Virus record (IMG/VR): IMGVR_UViG_3300021091_005330
Location: 1 to 64,000 of that record
DNA length: 64,000 nucleotides
Reading direction: 5' to 3' (one strand)
DNA from: a virus
Both the position numbers and the translations under genes were made by a program. The notes below the pieces were generated by a model. The model did no database searches and was not told the DNA's origin. It saw only the letters and a program-made list of their open reading frames with translations. This document shows, one piece after another, positions 9,101 to 18,760 of this stretch. Position 1 is the stretch's first letter, and the number at the start of each line of letters is the position of its first letter.

Positions 9101-11567
9101 ACCAGTTTTAGGATTAGAAGATTTGCTTTATCAAAAAAATATTATCAAGAATTTTAATGTTCACAACAATATTTATTATAATAATTACTTAGAAAATAGT
9201 TTTGAATTCTCTTCAAATAGCCGTATGATTAGAACAGAATTTGAGATATCTAAACCATTAGCAAGTTTATCGGATATAGTTGGTATACCTATTTTATTTG
9301 AATATAAATCTAATCCATCTAATAATTTTAATTATAATATCGATGAGTATTCTTTAATTATATCTGGAATAAAATCTGAAGAAGAAACTTTTTCAGAATC
9401 AGAACCTGAATTTTTGGAAGAAGGTGCAATAGAAGCAGGAAATATACAAGAATCAGAAATTCAATATAAAAAAGCCGATTATATCACTGGAGAAGTGACT
9501 GGTTTTATGGTTCTACTAAAACCAGGAAAATATGCAGCAATTTTATCTGGAGATGAAAAAGATTTTATTTACAATCAAAATCTTAGCTACGCAAAGAATC
9601 AAAACTTTAATACTGTTCAAATTAACTTGGAATATTTAAGTGGCGATAAATATAAAAAAGTATTTTTAGAAAATCCAGAAGTTGTCTGGGCTAGTTATAA
9701 TTTAGATTATGCAGAATTAATACCAGATTCTGGATACGAAAAATTAACTTCTCAAAATCCAGTAGGATTTAGTATTGACTTTACAAAAGGAATTAGCGGA
9801 ATTAAAGATTTTAGTATACCTAATTTGCTTTATAAAGAATATAGTGGTGATTTTATAGATTTTTGCGGAGTAGATAGAATATTCGTTACTGACACAGATC
9901 CTTTTTGTACTTTAAAATTAAAATTTATATGTCAATTAGCAGTCACATACGAAGGCTCTGGAATATATCAAATGGATGTTCCTAGAACCGCTTTACCTAA
10001 AAGTAAATATCAACAACAAATACCAGGAAATTCTCTTAGGACTGCTAGTTTGCTAGCTTCAGCTGAAGATCCATCCGAAGCTTTAACTGCAATTACTTAC
10101 TTAAACGATCCAGTTGATAAAAACTTTTATACAATTGCCGTAGATGAAAACCTAAAAGCGACTTGCTGTTATTGTCAAGAGCAAGCTAGTCTTGGAGAAA
10201 TTAAATGGGAAGACCCAAAAAGATTAATTCAAAAACAGTTGTATGAGGGATTTACTGTTTCAGATAGCGGAGATGCAATTTATGAAAAAGTGTTCTTTTT
10301 AGATAATATGTCTCCAAATGCTATTCAATTAAAATATAATTTTTCATATTATTCTGGAGATCTAAAATTTAAACAAGAAGATCTTTATGAAGGAGATAAA
10401 ATTATATTTAATCAATATCCATTTGATTTTGAATTTATATATAAAAATTTATATGATAACTATCCTCCGGCATCTCGAACAGCTTTAAAAAAAGAATTTA
10501 TTTATTCAAAAACTTTAAGAGGAGAAAATTATTGGAGTGGAGCAAATGAATTAATTGAAAGAATTAATTCATCGTTAGCTAATAAAAATTATTATACTTG
10601 GAAACCTTTGAAGCATGCAAAAAATGTAGAGTATTTATATGGGCCATTATTAACTGGTATTAATTTAGGTATTAATGATAGTGGAGAAAACGTTTTAGGT
10701 TTAGTAGCTTTACAAAGTGGAAAATTTGGAGCTTTTGATATTCAGCTAGAGTTAGCTAATCGAAATACTGTTTATCCGTATTTACTTCCTAAAGTAGTTA
10801 AAATGCAAACTTCTGAAGACGGAATAAATTGGCAAGATGTTGTTAGTTCTACAAATCGTTTGCCTGTAAATACTTATCTTAAAAATTCTTCTACAGAAAT
10901 TAGTAATATATACAACATTAAATATAATAAAATAGAAGAAACAGCCGTAATTCAAACAAAAAGCATACCTATTGGATCAGAAATAGAAAACGTTGTAAGC
11001 GAAGAACCTGCGTTAGAAGAAGATTTAGCAGATATGGTGACAGGAATTGCTTCTCAATCTCCTTTGGCTTCTGGCAGCTCTAAACCTAAGAAAAGATCAG
11101 ATGTATATTGCTTGCCAAATAAAACGGGCAGCGGAATACAATGCGGAAGTGGATTTATAGATTTTGTCGTTGTACTTCCTTCTGGTGAAAATGTATTTAG
11201 ATATTGTAAACAATCTGAACCTCAAGAACCTTGTCCAATTTGGCCAGGAGATACTATTGTTGATGAATATGGAGAAAGAGGAGAGAGTTTATCTATATTT
11301 TATGATGAAGAACTAGCTTTCTCTCCTTACTTTGGACACAGCGGCTCTTGTTGTACTGGAATATATTCTAGATCTAGAACAGAAGGGTGGTGTTGTTCAG
11401 GGTCATATTCTCCTCTAAATCCTTCTGGATGTAAGCGTGAAGGAGAAAAAGAAAAAGAAAAAAGTAAAAAAGAAAAAGAAAGCAGCAAAACAGCTCTTTT
11501 CCAAACAGTAAAACAGAAAATTAATAGCTATCGATTAGCCTTTTATGATTATTTATCTGAAGATTAA
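6159..11567 (+). CDS. Large virion protein with Big_2-type Ig-like repeats and Cys-containing C-terminus
   Basis: SSDPSIATV, SSNSSIARIV, STNPSVATVDDLGMVSIKSVGETKIIV are Big_2-like motifs; 1802 aa. Confidence 0.7.
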   Translation: MPNDEPIILISPIETPIAFGKELVISWTINPYVNTEIKKTSGNAEIVLNRTETPSKYKKIAYFTILKSGSLTLNINGKNDSNNETSIMPEEYTIILDIVEAENKNFDLINESNKSLYAEGGSQPLTEYKLLLEGYGENYISNIIQTVNYTESTEQFYLEDNIPPSNPIAPLTNLYPIQAISSDPSIATVYFFTSIHSPNTPIPRPSSSKICPESYNCNNFNFETLTKINTRGFTYYHGLIIEPKKQGNVSIKLFHNSDRKFKNQEIPFQIINFNIKRKELDDLGIKPFDLNATASEVLINKKIKVGASTGPFPRYNQINQEIKYYESSIISSKEITTSPIPSGSSRLLVKHIDEIMDEVYFSGTFASLPVNNQINTTIIGYQSGNDEFLPKANIFETIAIEPLEVSCNFLPITGSFKQQIVLNNFIENGRHFDARTFKNTNNINTGIVFNFVDEDKFKVLGITISGSGEGINTQYILKIPEGKHLRDTNESYKISCEIPASKKYKRAILDSFLSLTKVHINGKFELGSEAKKDDVLLDTYNIKYTYALPFNFLSDLKLEPVFALGEPYNNVEEAYEANQNGLNKKFLEDDVAKINTISKTILLKKAGTIKLTAYLDGGLAYNDLIKTITINIQKNVPKLVFPNIPQKKAGDGKFSLNISTDNIDGKKNFSISSPIASINEFGVVNILRQGTATITVSQDEDDKFLFKFVSQNLVVTKGNQEVNFQLPKITFGLDELPLELFASSNTLNPIIFSSSNSSIARIVDKNRLEFLSVGKTTISAYQTSTLDFNASEIISIPITIKNKTVLSFPTIKYKRIGDINFNLNITSNNPRQIIYFSTNPSVATVDDLGMVSIKSVGETKIIVHQKESIQFLPIIEERLLVINDEKEMTTYLSPTNKYIDHRAKKYKISQEDLVYNLDFPRKNEEHVLLLDLNLYGFEEDKIEDCDIELNAQILKTGYFYQMPKDPIFLNFKIQDAQHPLQPVLGLEDLLYQKNIIKNFNVHNNIYYNNYLENSFEFSSNSRMIRTEFEISKPLASLSDIVGIPILFEYKSNPSNNFNYNIDEYSLIISGIKSEEETFSESEPEFLEEGAIEAGNIQESEIQYKKADYITGEVTGFMVLLKPGKYAAILSGDEKDFIYNQNLSYAKNQNFNTVQINLEYLSGDKYKKVFLENPEVVWASYNLDYAELIPDSGYEKLTSQNPVGFSIDFTKGISGIKDFSIPNLLYKEYSGDFIDFCGVDRIFVTDTDPFCTLKLKFICQLAVTYEGSGIYQMDVPRTALPKSKYQQQIPGNSLRTASLLASAEDPSEALTAITYLNDPVDKNFYTIAVDENLKATCCYCQEQASLGEIKWEDPKRLIQKQLYEGFTVSDSGDAIYEKVFFLDNMSPNAIQLKYNFSYYSGDLKFKQEDLYEGDKIIFNQYPFDFEFIYKNLYDNYPPASRTALKKEFIYSKTLRGENYWSGANELIERINSSLANKNYYTWKPLKHAKNVEYLYGPLLTGINLGINDSGENVLGLVALQSGKFGAFDIQLELANRNTVYPYLLPKVVKMQTSEDGINWQDVVSSTNRLPVNTYLKNSSTEISNIYNIKYNKIEETAVIQTKSIPIGSEIENVVSEEPALEEDLADMVTGIASQSPLASGSSKPKKRSDVYCLPNKTGSGIQCGSGFIDFVVVLPSGENVFRYCKQSEPQEPCPIWPGDTIVDEYGERGESLSIFYDEELAFSPYFGHSGSCCTGIYSRSRTEGWCCSGSYSPLNPSGCKREGEKEKEKSKKEKESSKTALFQTVKQKINSYRLAFYDYLSED

Positions 11568-11568
11568 A

Positions 11569-11592
11569 GTGTAAAATTATTAAGGAAAAAGG
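11569..11592 (+). promoter_or_regulatory. GTGTAA element plus AGGAAAAAGG leader motif
   Basis: GTGTAA 11569-11574, AGGAAAAAGG 11583-11592, ATG 11606. Confidence 0.6.
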
Positions 11593-11605
11593 TATAATAT
11601 AGCAA

Positions 11606-13804
11606 ATGAGTCTTACTTTTCCAATTATTAATAATAAATTGTTAGGGGATTTGCCTTTTAATTTAAATGTTACTAGCACTTTATCTGATACAATATCTTA
11701 CAATAGTTCTCATGAAAATGTGGCTCTAGTAGATTACAATGGAAACGTTAGTATTGTTGGCGTAGGAGATTGTGTAATAACCGCTACTCAAAATCAAAAT
11801 ACAGCAAATAGAACTTTAAGAGTTATTATGCCAAATATTTGTGGAGATTTACCTCCAGAGATTTGTGGTTATAATTTTTATAATTATAAATTAACTTTAT
11901 CTGGAGATGAAAATAATGTTAATTTACCAAATACAAAACATAAATTAATCATATCAACAAATTGTAGCGGTAATTTTGTCCCTTTCCATGAAAGCGAATA
12001 TCTTCCGTATAATTCAGAGAATGTATATTATGCTAATTTGAATTCTGGAGATTATAAAGTAGAAATCAAAACTTTACATACTGATCCAACTACTTTTCCA
12101 TGCTGTCCAGTAATTGGAGTAGAAGTACTAAATTTAATAGATTATACATATAGTAATAAAACATCATTATGTGTATTTAATAATAATTTCTTGACTTTTA
12201 TAAGTGGATTTTTAGCGGAAAATCCTTATAATCAAGCTTCAAATATTTATTTTGCAGACAATCCATTTTTTATATCAGGCTCTGATTTAACAAGAAATAC
12301 TGGAGATTTAATTAATACTTTAGTGAAATCAAAAGCAAAAGAAAAAGAATATGAAAGATCTTGCCTTAATCAAGTATTAGATTTAGTAACAGGGAAAGTA
12401 CTAAAAAATGAAGAAGAAGTTCCGTATATTAATTGGAATGAAAATGCTTTTAAAGTAATTAATATTATTACAAATAATCTGCCTTTATTAGAAACATTTC
12501 ATAAGGAACAAGACGATTGTAAAACTTTAGATCCAAATTATCATCCTTCAGTTGGAACAGAAATTACTGGTTTTTATCAAAAATTAAAAGATATAAAAAA
12601 TTTATTGAATCCAGAAAAAACAACTATTAATTTTGTATTTTCAGATAAAGAATTAAATCTTAATTTAGATCAAGAACAATCTTTTGTAAATGAAGAATCA
12701 GCCGTATTAATGTATCAAAAAGCTGCAGAAATTGTTAGCGGATCTTTTTTTAGAAATTCAATCGCTCCTGTATTCCAATCAATTAATGCTATATCAAACT
12801 TTACATGCTCTGGTCAATCTAAAATAGAAATTTCATCTTCATCTTCATCTTCTTCAATCCCACCATTTAATAATCCAATTATTATTTTCCCACCTCCACC
12901 TCCACCACCTCCTCCACCACCTCGGCCACCACCACCTCCGCCACCACCACCTCCACCACCTCCGCCACCACCACCTCCACCACCTCCCCCACCACCCCCT
13001 CCACCTCCCCCCCCCCCACCCCCACCCCCCCCTTCACCACCACCATCTCCTGCTTATCCATCTCCAGTTCCACCTCCTCCTCCACCACCACCATCTCCTG
13101 CTTATCCATCTCCAGCGCCTGTTTCACCACCACCGCCAAATCCTGGTCCTCCTCCACCCAATATTCGATGTAGAGCTTGTGCAAGTTATGATGGAGGAGT
13201 TGGTAATAAAAATCCCTGGTGTGACGCATTTTCTTGTGCAGCTAAACATGGAGGGAGTATTTTTGATTATCAATCTTGCGCTGATGTAGTAGTGGAGGGC
13301 ACACCTGGTTGCGCACGTCCAACATATGTTTGTCAAAAATGTAGAAAAAAATGTTGGGATAATTGCCAATGTAAAGGCTGTCGTGGGTGTACTGCATGTT
13401 GTCCTTGTCCATATTTTTGTTGCGATGCATTTTGTGTTTCTTGTGGAGATTGTGGAACTTGCGTTTATGAATGCAATTGTTTAAGCATAAAAGTAAACTC
13501 TTTGTATGATGCAAACCTATCTAGTAATGATGCAGAATCAATTGCATACGAAATTGTGTTAAAAGAAATTTCTGAATTAAATGATAATTTACAATTTATA
13601 GAATCTGCAATTAGCGCAGCAATGTATATTGGAATGTATCATTTAGATACAAATACAATTAAATTTTCTCCAAACGGAAGAAAGCATTTAGTTTTTTGTT
13701 TAAATGAAATGCTGGGGGCAGATTATTCTAATTATAATGAGATTATTGAGCGACATCAAAATAATGCAAAAAATGAAGTTAAAGCTCAAAGAGGTATATT
13801 ATGA
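11606..13804 (+). CDS. Virion protein: Big_2 Ig domain, poly-Ser, poly-Pro (extensin-like) stalk, Cys-rich domain
   Basis: N-terminal SSHENVALVDYNGNVSIVGVGDCVITATQ; P11-R-P36 tract; SPAYPSP repeats; dense CxxC/CC cluster. Confidence 0.75.
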   Translation: MSLTFPIINNKLLGDLPFNLNVTSTLSDTISYNSSHENVALVDYNGNVSIVGVGDCVITATQNQNTANRTLRVIMPNICGDLPPEICGYNFYNYKLTLSGDENNVNLPNTKHKLIISTNCSGNFVPFHESEYLPYNSENVYYANLNSGDYKVEIKTLHTDPTTFPCCPVIGVEVLNLIDYTYSNKTSLCVFNNNFLTFISGFLAENPYNQASNIYFADNPFFISGSDLTRNTGDLINTLVKSKAKEKEYERSCLNQVLDLVTGKVLKNEEEVPYINWNENAFKVINIITNNLPLLETFHKEQDDCKTLDPNYHPSVGTEITGFYQKLKDIKNLLNPEKTTINFVFSDKELNLNLDQEQSFVNEESAVLMYQKAAEIVSGSFFRNSIAPVFQSINAISNFTCSGQSKIEISSSSSSSSIPPFNNPIIIFPPPPPPPPPPPRPPPPPPPPPPPPPPPPPPPPPPPPPPPPPPPPPPPPSPPPSPAYPSPVPPPPPPPPSPAYPSPAPVSPPPPNPGPPPPNIRCRACASYDGGVGNKNPWCDAFSCAAKHGGSIFDYQSCADVVVEGTPGCARPTYVCQKCRKKCWDNCQCKGCRGCTACCPCPYFCCDAFCVSCGDCGTCVYECNCLSIKVNSLYDANLSSNDAESIAYEIVLKEISELNDNLQFIESAISAAMYIGMYHLDTNTIKFSPNGRKHLVFCLNEMLGADYSNYNEIIERHQNNAKNEVKAQRGIL
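12890..13115 (+). repeat. CCN-codon poly-proline tract with C11 homopolymer and 33-bp direct repeat
   Basis: Pro codons 12890-12922 and 12926-13033; C11 at 13007-13017; caccaccaccatctcctgcttatccatctccag at 13035-13067 and 13083-13115. Confidence 0.9.
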
Positions 13805-14010
13805 ACTGTAAATCATATAAAGAATATTTATTAAAAAGATCTTATATAAATGATCCATTCAAATCGTATAAATTTGTTAATCATTGTAAAATTATAGAGC
13901 AAATATTAGGCCTAAATTGTTCTGATAATTGTCAAGAAAATATATATAAATTATATTGTGAGAAACCAGAAGAACTTAAAGAAATAATAGATTCTATTAC
14001 TTTAGAATGA
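13801..14010 (+). CDS. Small Cys-containing hypothetical protein
   Basis: ATGA overlaps with both neighbours (translational coupling). Confidence 0.7.
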   Translation: MNCKSYKEYLLKRSYINDPFKSYKFVNHCKIIEQILGLNCSDNCQENIYKLYCEKPEELKEIIDSITLE

Positions 14011-14867
14011 AATTTTTTTATTCTTTTTCTTTAAAAAATACGCCAATTAACAAAAAAGAAGAAATATTAAATAAAGATTATTGGAAATTATCTACAGATT
14101 TAGTAAAAAAACACTATAATGAAGTTTATCTTATAACAGATCTTGAAGGCGAAAAATTTTTAAAACATTTAAATTTTACAAAAATATACACAGTATTAGA
14201 TAAAGTCCCAAAATTTAAGAATAAAGTTTTATGGTCATTGTCAAAAATTTATGCATATAGGTTTATAGCTAAAAATTTTAATTCCTTTTGTCATATAGAC
14301 CATGACGTATTTCTTTGGAAACCTATACCAAAATTTTTAATAGAATCTTCAGTATTTCTTCAATCTTATGATGTACCATTATGGAATAAAAATAAAAAAT
14401 CGGGCGTTTACAACGTACACGGTTTTTATGATATAAAAAATATATTATATCCAGTATCTAGAAAAATACCTAACGTTTGGGAAAATCATATTATAAAACC
14501 TAATTTAAATATTAATTTATATAATATGGGCTTGTTTGGAGCTAATAATTCTGAAATTATTTTAAATTATACAAAATTTGTAATAGATATGGTCAGGAAT
14601 CCTGATTATCAAAACGTATGGGAATTTTATTTAGATTATCATAATGTTGCGGTCTTTTTAGAACAATTAAATCTTGGAGTATTTTTTTATATTAATAACA
14701 TTACTCCCAATTTATACTTTAATTCCTATACTAATGGAAGATTTGAAAGTCCGTTAGAATACACCCATCTAATGGTACATAAACAAAGAAATGATATAAA
14801 AAATATAATTAATAATATCGTCAACAAAGATCCTTACGATTTATCTCCTAAAGTTATTTTTAAATAG
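14007..14867 (+). CDS. DUF6734-like, glycosyltransferase-like (GT-A, DxD) protein
   Basis: WSLSKIYAY...FCHIDHDVFLW, NMGLFG, EQ and YTHL motifs. Confidence 0.6.
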   Translation: MKFFYSFSLKNTPINKKEEILNKDYWKLSTDLVKKHYNEVYLITDLEGEKFLKHLNFTKIYTVLDKVPKFKNKVLWSLSKIYAYRFIAKNFNSFCHIDHDVFLWKPIPKFLIESSVFLQSYDVPLWNKNKKSGVYNVHGFYDIKNILYPVSRKIPNVWENHIIKPNLNINLYNMGLFGANNSEIILNYTKFVIDMVRNPDYQNVWEFYLDYHNVAVFLEQLNLGVFFYINNITPNLYFNSYTNGRFESPLEYTHLMVHKQRNDIKNIINNIVNKDPYDLSPKVIFK

Positions 14868-14878
14868 AAATTTAATAA

Positions 14879-14902
14879 GTGTAATCCTATAAAGGTAAAA
14901 GG
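14879..14902 (+). promoter_or_regulatory. GTGTAA element plus AGGTAAAAGG leader motif
   Basis: GTGTAA 14879-14884, AGGTAAAAGG 14893-14902, ATG 14905. Confidence 0.6.
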
Positions 14903-14904
14903 TT

Positions 14905-16572
14905 ATGCCAAAATACGCAAGAATATTATTAAGCGGCTTTGAAAGCGCAAGTTACAAATTAGATGGTAGACCTATGATTATACCTCAAAATAAAATGATA
15001 GTTAAAAAAATTACATTGTATAATGAACATAATTTAGAGCTTGGAGATCCTAAAAATTTAATCTTAACTGGTATGGCTGATATAAATCAATCATTTTTTT
15101 CAGGAGACGCTTTTCCTAAAATTGTTGGATACGCTGAATTTCAAGACGAAGGATCGACTAATGAAAGCGGAGAGTATATAGCTGAAGGTACTGCTATAGG
15201 AAAATTTATAGATAATCAATTTTTTACAGATAAGTTCGGAAGAGAAGTGCAACCAATAAATGAAATAATAAATTTTGAGTGTGATCCTGCTTATAAACTT
15301 ACAGATGAATTTAAAGATATAAATTATTCTGTCTCTGGAACTTATCAACAAAAAGATTTTCAATTAATAGACGGGCAAGTAGAGACATTTCAAATTACTC
15401 CTCCAATTTGCAACAGATATAAAATCTATACAGGAGTCTTTTCAGGATCAAGCATTATCGAAGATAATTTTTATTTTCCAGATGAGTTAAAAGTAAAATT
15501 TAACAAGACAATAAATTATGTTGTTACAGGTACTCAATCATGGAGCCAAAATCATTTGGTTGTTTCAGACGCATCTCCTTCTGGAGGAGGAGTCCCCGGT
15601 ATTAATGTTTTGCAAAAAGTTTTAACAGAAGGAAGTGGTTTTGTTTACATAAAAGAAACTGGACTAATAACTGGAGAATTTTTTAATGTAGGTTTACCTA
15701 GAACAGGCATAACTGGACAATGTAAAATTACTGGTTATGTTACTGGAATTTTAGGGTTTGATGAAAAAGGAATATTTATTTTTAATGATATTGTAACTGG
15801 ACAAAAACTTGGAGAAGCTATACAATTAAATGCAACAGGATATAAAAATGCATATAATTATTTAATTTATAACAATCCAAATTTATTAGATTCAATAGCC
15901 ATCGAAGATGAAGCAAACGATATTTTAAATACTATAACCTTCTCAAATGAACAAGGATTTAATCCTCCAACATATTTTTCTAATATACAAGTTTTAAATA
16001 ATATTATTAATTCTGGTTCCGGATATGGAGTAACATCTAAAATTATTAGCGGAAATATATTATATTTAGAATCTACAATTTCTGGAGAAAGTGGTAATTT
16101 AATTAGAGTAACTTCTATAGGCAGTCAAACAAAACCTTATTTATTAAATGGAGAATATCTCGTCAGCGGAGTAAGCTATTATCCAAGATTAACTCCTACA
16201 GGAGATTATACAGGTTTATTTTCGGGTGAAACTCAAATCACGGGTTATATGAGAATCCCATATGAACATTTTACTACAGGAAATATCAATACTGTTTTAG
16301 GATACAGAACATTTAATGACGAAAATCCAATATGGAGCGTAAGAGTTTCCGAAGATAATGTAGGATTTATTAATTTAACAAGCACAAGATATAAAGAGTT
16401 TAATAAATATAAGTTTACAGGAGATTTTGTAGATGATGCCACAACAAATAACTATAATGTAATTATAGGGTATAATAATCAAGGAAATGTATACAACGAA
16501 GATGCTGTCGAGCTTAAACTTAAAATTAACAATAATGAAGCATATACAGGAGTATTTGTAAAAAGTTTATGA
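14905..16572 (+). CDS. Putative structural protein, strongly enriched in Ser-Gly/Thr-Gly
   Basis: 555-aa beta-rich ORF in the structural cluster; about 31 [ST]G dipeptides by hand count. Confidence 0.6.
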   Translation: MPKYARILLSGFESASYKLDGRPMIIPQNKMIVKKITLYNEHNLELGDPKNLILTGMADINQSFFSGDAFPKIVGYAEFQDEGSTNESGEYIAEGTAIGKFIDNQFFTDKFGREVQPINEIINFECDPAYKLTDEFKDINYSVSGTYQQKDFQLIDGQVETFQITPPICNRYKIYTGVFSGSSIIEDNFYFPDELKVKFNKTINYVVTGTQSWSQNHLVVSDASPSGGGVPGINVLQKVLTEGSGFVYIKETGLITGEFFNVGLPRTGITGQCKITGYVTGILGFDEKGIFIFNDIVTGQKLGEAIQLNATGYKNAYNYLIYNNPNLLDSIAIEDEANDILNTITFSNEQGFNPPTYFSNIQVLNNIINSGSGYGVTSKIISGNILYLESTISGESGNLIRVTSIGSQTKPYLLNGEYLVSGVSYYPRLTPTGDYTGLFSGETQITGYMRIPYEHFTTGNINTVLGYRTFNDENPIWSVRVSEDNVGFINLTSTRYKEFNKYKFTGDFVDDATTNNYNVIIGYNNQGNVYNEDAVELKLKINNNEAYTGVFVKSL

Positions 16573-17285
16573 TTTATACCCCAGTTAGTATAGGAGGAGG
16601 AGGAGGCTGTTGCAAGTGCAGTTGGTTTAAGCCTACGATAATACCTAGTGGACAAGACAATTATGTTAGTATAAATCCAGGCATAATATATAGGTCCTTT
16701 AATTTGAAAGATATGATGGTCTATACTGGATATATAGATGACGCTACAAAATCTCAAATAGAAGCAAAAGAAGGAAATATTAGCGGACATGTTATTAATG
16801 GTTTAATGGAAAATATTGAAATAGAAGAATTTGATGGTATTATTTTAAAAATAGGAGTAGGCCCAAATTTATATGCTACTGGCGCGACTATAGAAAAAGT
16901 AAGTTTAGATGATGACCCAATTTGGTCTGGGTATCCAGAACCTTTTGTTTGGAATCCTCCTTTTGAATTTGAAGACGATGGAACTCCAAAAAATGATGTT
17001 AAATACAGAAGGCAAACACATTGCATAATTCCTGTGGCTTATTTAACCGACGACGAATTTCAAGAAGGCCAAACTGTAACATTTGGAAGCGGAGAGAATG
17101 CTAAAACGCAAAAATTAGTAAGAGTCTTATGCGATAATTTAATGATGACATCTTTTAATTATGACGGAACTCCTGTTGCTTTTCCAATGCAAGCAACTCT
17201 TCATCCGTTTTTTTGGTATAAAACAGGAAGTAATAGTAGCGAAGGTAATGGTGGCGAAGGTAATGGTGGCGGAGGTGGAAGTTAA
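16569..17285 (+). CDS. Hypothetical acidic structural protein with Gly-rich tail
   Basis: Coupled ORF; C-terminal EGNGG repeat encoded by a duplicated gaaggtaatggtggc. Confidence 0.65.
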   Translation: MIYTPVSIGGGGGCCKCSWFKPTIIPSGQDNYVSINPGIIYRSFNLKDMMVYTGYIDDATKSQIEAKEGNISGHVINGLMENIEIEEFDGIILKIGVGPNLYATGATIEKVSLDDDPIWSGYPEPFVWNPPFEFEDDGTPKNDVKYRRQTHCIIPVAYLTDDEFQEGQTVTFGSGENAKTQKLVRVLCDNLMMTSFNYDGTPVAFPMQATLHPFFWYKTGSNSSEGNGGEGNGGGGGS

Positions 17286-17286
17286 A

Positions 17287-18714
17287 ATGAGTTTTATTCT
17301 CAATAAAAAAGTATTAACTCCTAATTGGAATCCTGCATATGGTTTGCAAAGTAAAAGTATTTTAAATAAAACTCCTATGCTCAATGCTGTACCAGTAACA
17401 AATTCTTATATATTTTTTAGAAATGGCGCAATGAAATCAATACCAGAAGATAATATCGTAGATGACCAAGTCAAAACAATCTTTGAAGAAGATAGAAAAC
17501 AATTTCTTTCTGAAACAAGTTTGCAGAATGTAGTTGGTTTTGGTCCAGGAACAAATAGACCGATGGCCTTTACCGAAACAAAATTTTCTGATTTATATTA
17601 TAATGATTATGGATTTTATTTAAATTGGGGAAGTCTTCTCTTTGGTGCATTAACCCCATTGGCAGTATCTGTAGTTTTTGGAATACCTATAACTAGTTTA
17701 ATAGGATTAATGATATGCATAGCGGTATCATTAATGATTATGAATACCCTAAGTCCTAGTTTTGTTGGAGCAGGAGCAGTAAGAATTCCAAGGATGGGCG
17801 TATCTAGAATGTATTTTTATGAACAAGTAACTAAAGCAGAAAATACAAAAATGATTGGCCAAACAATTAACCGTTTTTTTCCTTTAGCTAACACTAGAGA
17901 AAGAAAAATAATTTACAAAAAAATGATTAATTTATGTAGTGATAAAGAATTTCAAAAAACAGTTGGAACTATTAGTGACGCACTTTTGAGTAAAGGAGAA
18001 TGCATGGCTGGAGTTGGATACAGTTCTTCACCGTGGAGGAGCGTTCAAGAAAGTAAAATAAAATCTTACATCAACAATTTAAAAACTAATTCTACAAAAA
18101 AATACGAAAAGCTAGGAAATTTAGGATTTCAAGATCTTGAAGATTTTGAAGAAGGTGAAGAAGATTTTTTAAACGCATTAGAAGAAGTTGGTCTTACTAA
18201 TAGAGTAATGTTTTCAGGAAGACCAACCTCAGTATATATTGATTTTACAGATTGGATTCCTAGTAAAATAACCCGAAGTGGAGTAGGAACAGGATTTTTT
18301 GGAACTTTTTCTTGGGCAGATGGAGGTATAGCCGGCGGAGGAGGAAATAGAACTTATAGAAATATGTATAAAAATCCAGAAAATACAAAATCTATTTTTG
18401 GTCCGTATATTTGCAGAAGTAGATCTAATTGGTTTTATTATCCAAAAATAAATATTACAACTCCAACTTTTTCTACAGGACTTTTGCCTCAAACCTCTGG
18501 TACGCGAGTAAGTTATCTAGGAGGTATAAATTGCTTTGGAGGAATATTGGTAGGAAATACTATTGGTGGCTATAATTTTTTAGAGTTATTACTATTTATA
18601 ATCTCGGTCAGCTTTCCAATATTAGTAGGCACAGGAGGAATGTTTGGTTCTGCAAAAGAGTTAGGGCCTGTATTAAATAGTCCTCCTATATGGTTTCCTA
18701 GAGAAAAAAAATAA
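17287..18714 (+). CDS. Hypothetical membrane-associated protein
   Basis: Likely start is ATG 17287, just after the upstream stop (ORF track start 17161 overlaps the previous gene); several hydrophobic segments. Confidence 0.65.
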   Translation: MSFILNKKVLTPNWNPAYGLQSKSILNKTPMLNAVPVTNSYIFFRNGAMKSIPEDNIVDDQVKTIFEEDRKQFLSETSLQNVVGFGPGTNRPMAFTETKFSDLYYNDYGFYLNWGSLLFGALTPLAVSVVFGIPITSLIGLMICIAVSLMIMNTLSPSFVGAGAVRIPRMGVSRMYFYEQVTKAENTKMIGQTINRFFPLANTRERKIIYKKMINLCSDKEFQKTVGTISDALLSKGECMAGVGYSSSPWRSVQESKIKSYINNLKTNSTKKYEKLGNLGFQDLEDFEEGEEDFLNALEEVGLTNRVMFSGRPTSVYIDFTDWIPSKITRSGVGTGFFGTFSWADGGIAGGGGNRTYRNMYKNPENTKSIFGPYICRSRSNWFYYPKINITTPTFSTGLLPQTSGTRVSYLGGINCFGGILVGNTIGGYNFLELLLFIISVSFPILVGTGGMFGSAKELGPVLNSPPIWFPREKK

Positions 18715-18742
18715 ACCTATGATTTCACAATAAATTTATGGT

Positions 18743-18748
18743 GTGTAA
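18743..18748 (+). promoter_or_regulatory. GTGTAA putative late-promoter element
   Basis: 12 nt before ATG 18761. Confidence 0.6.
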
Positions 18749-18760
18749 TATTATTTAAAT

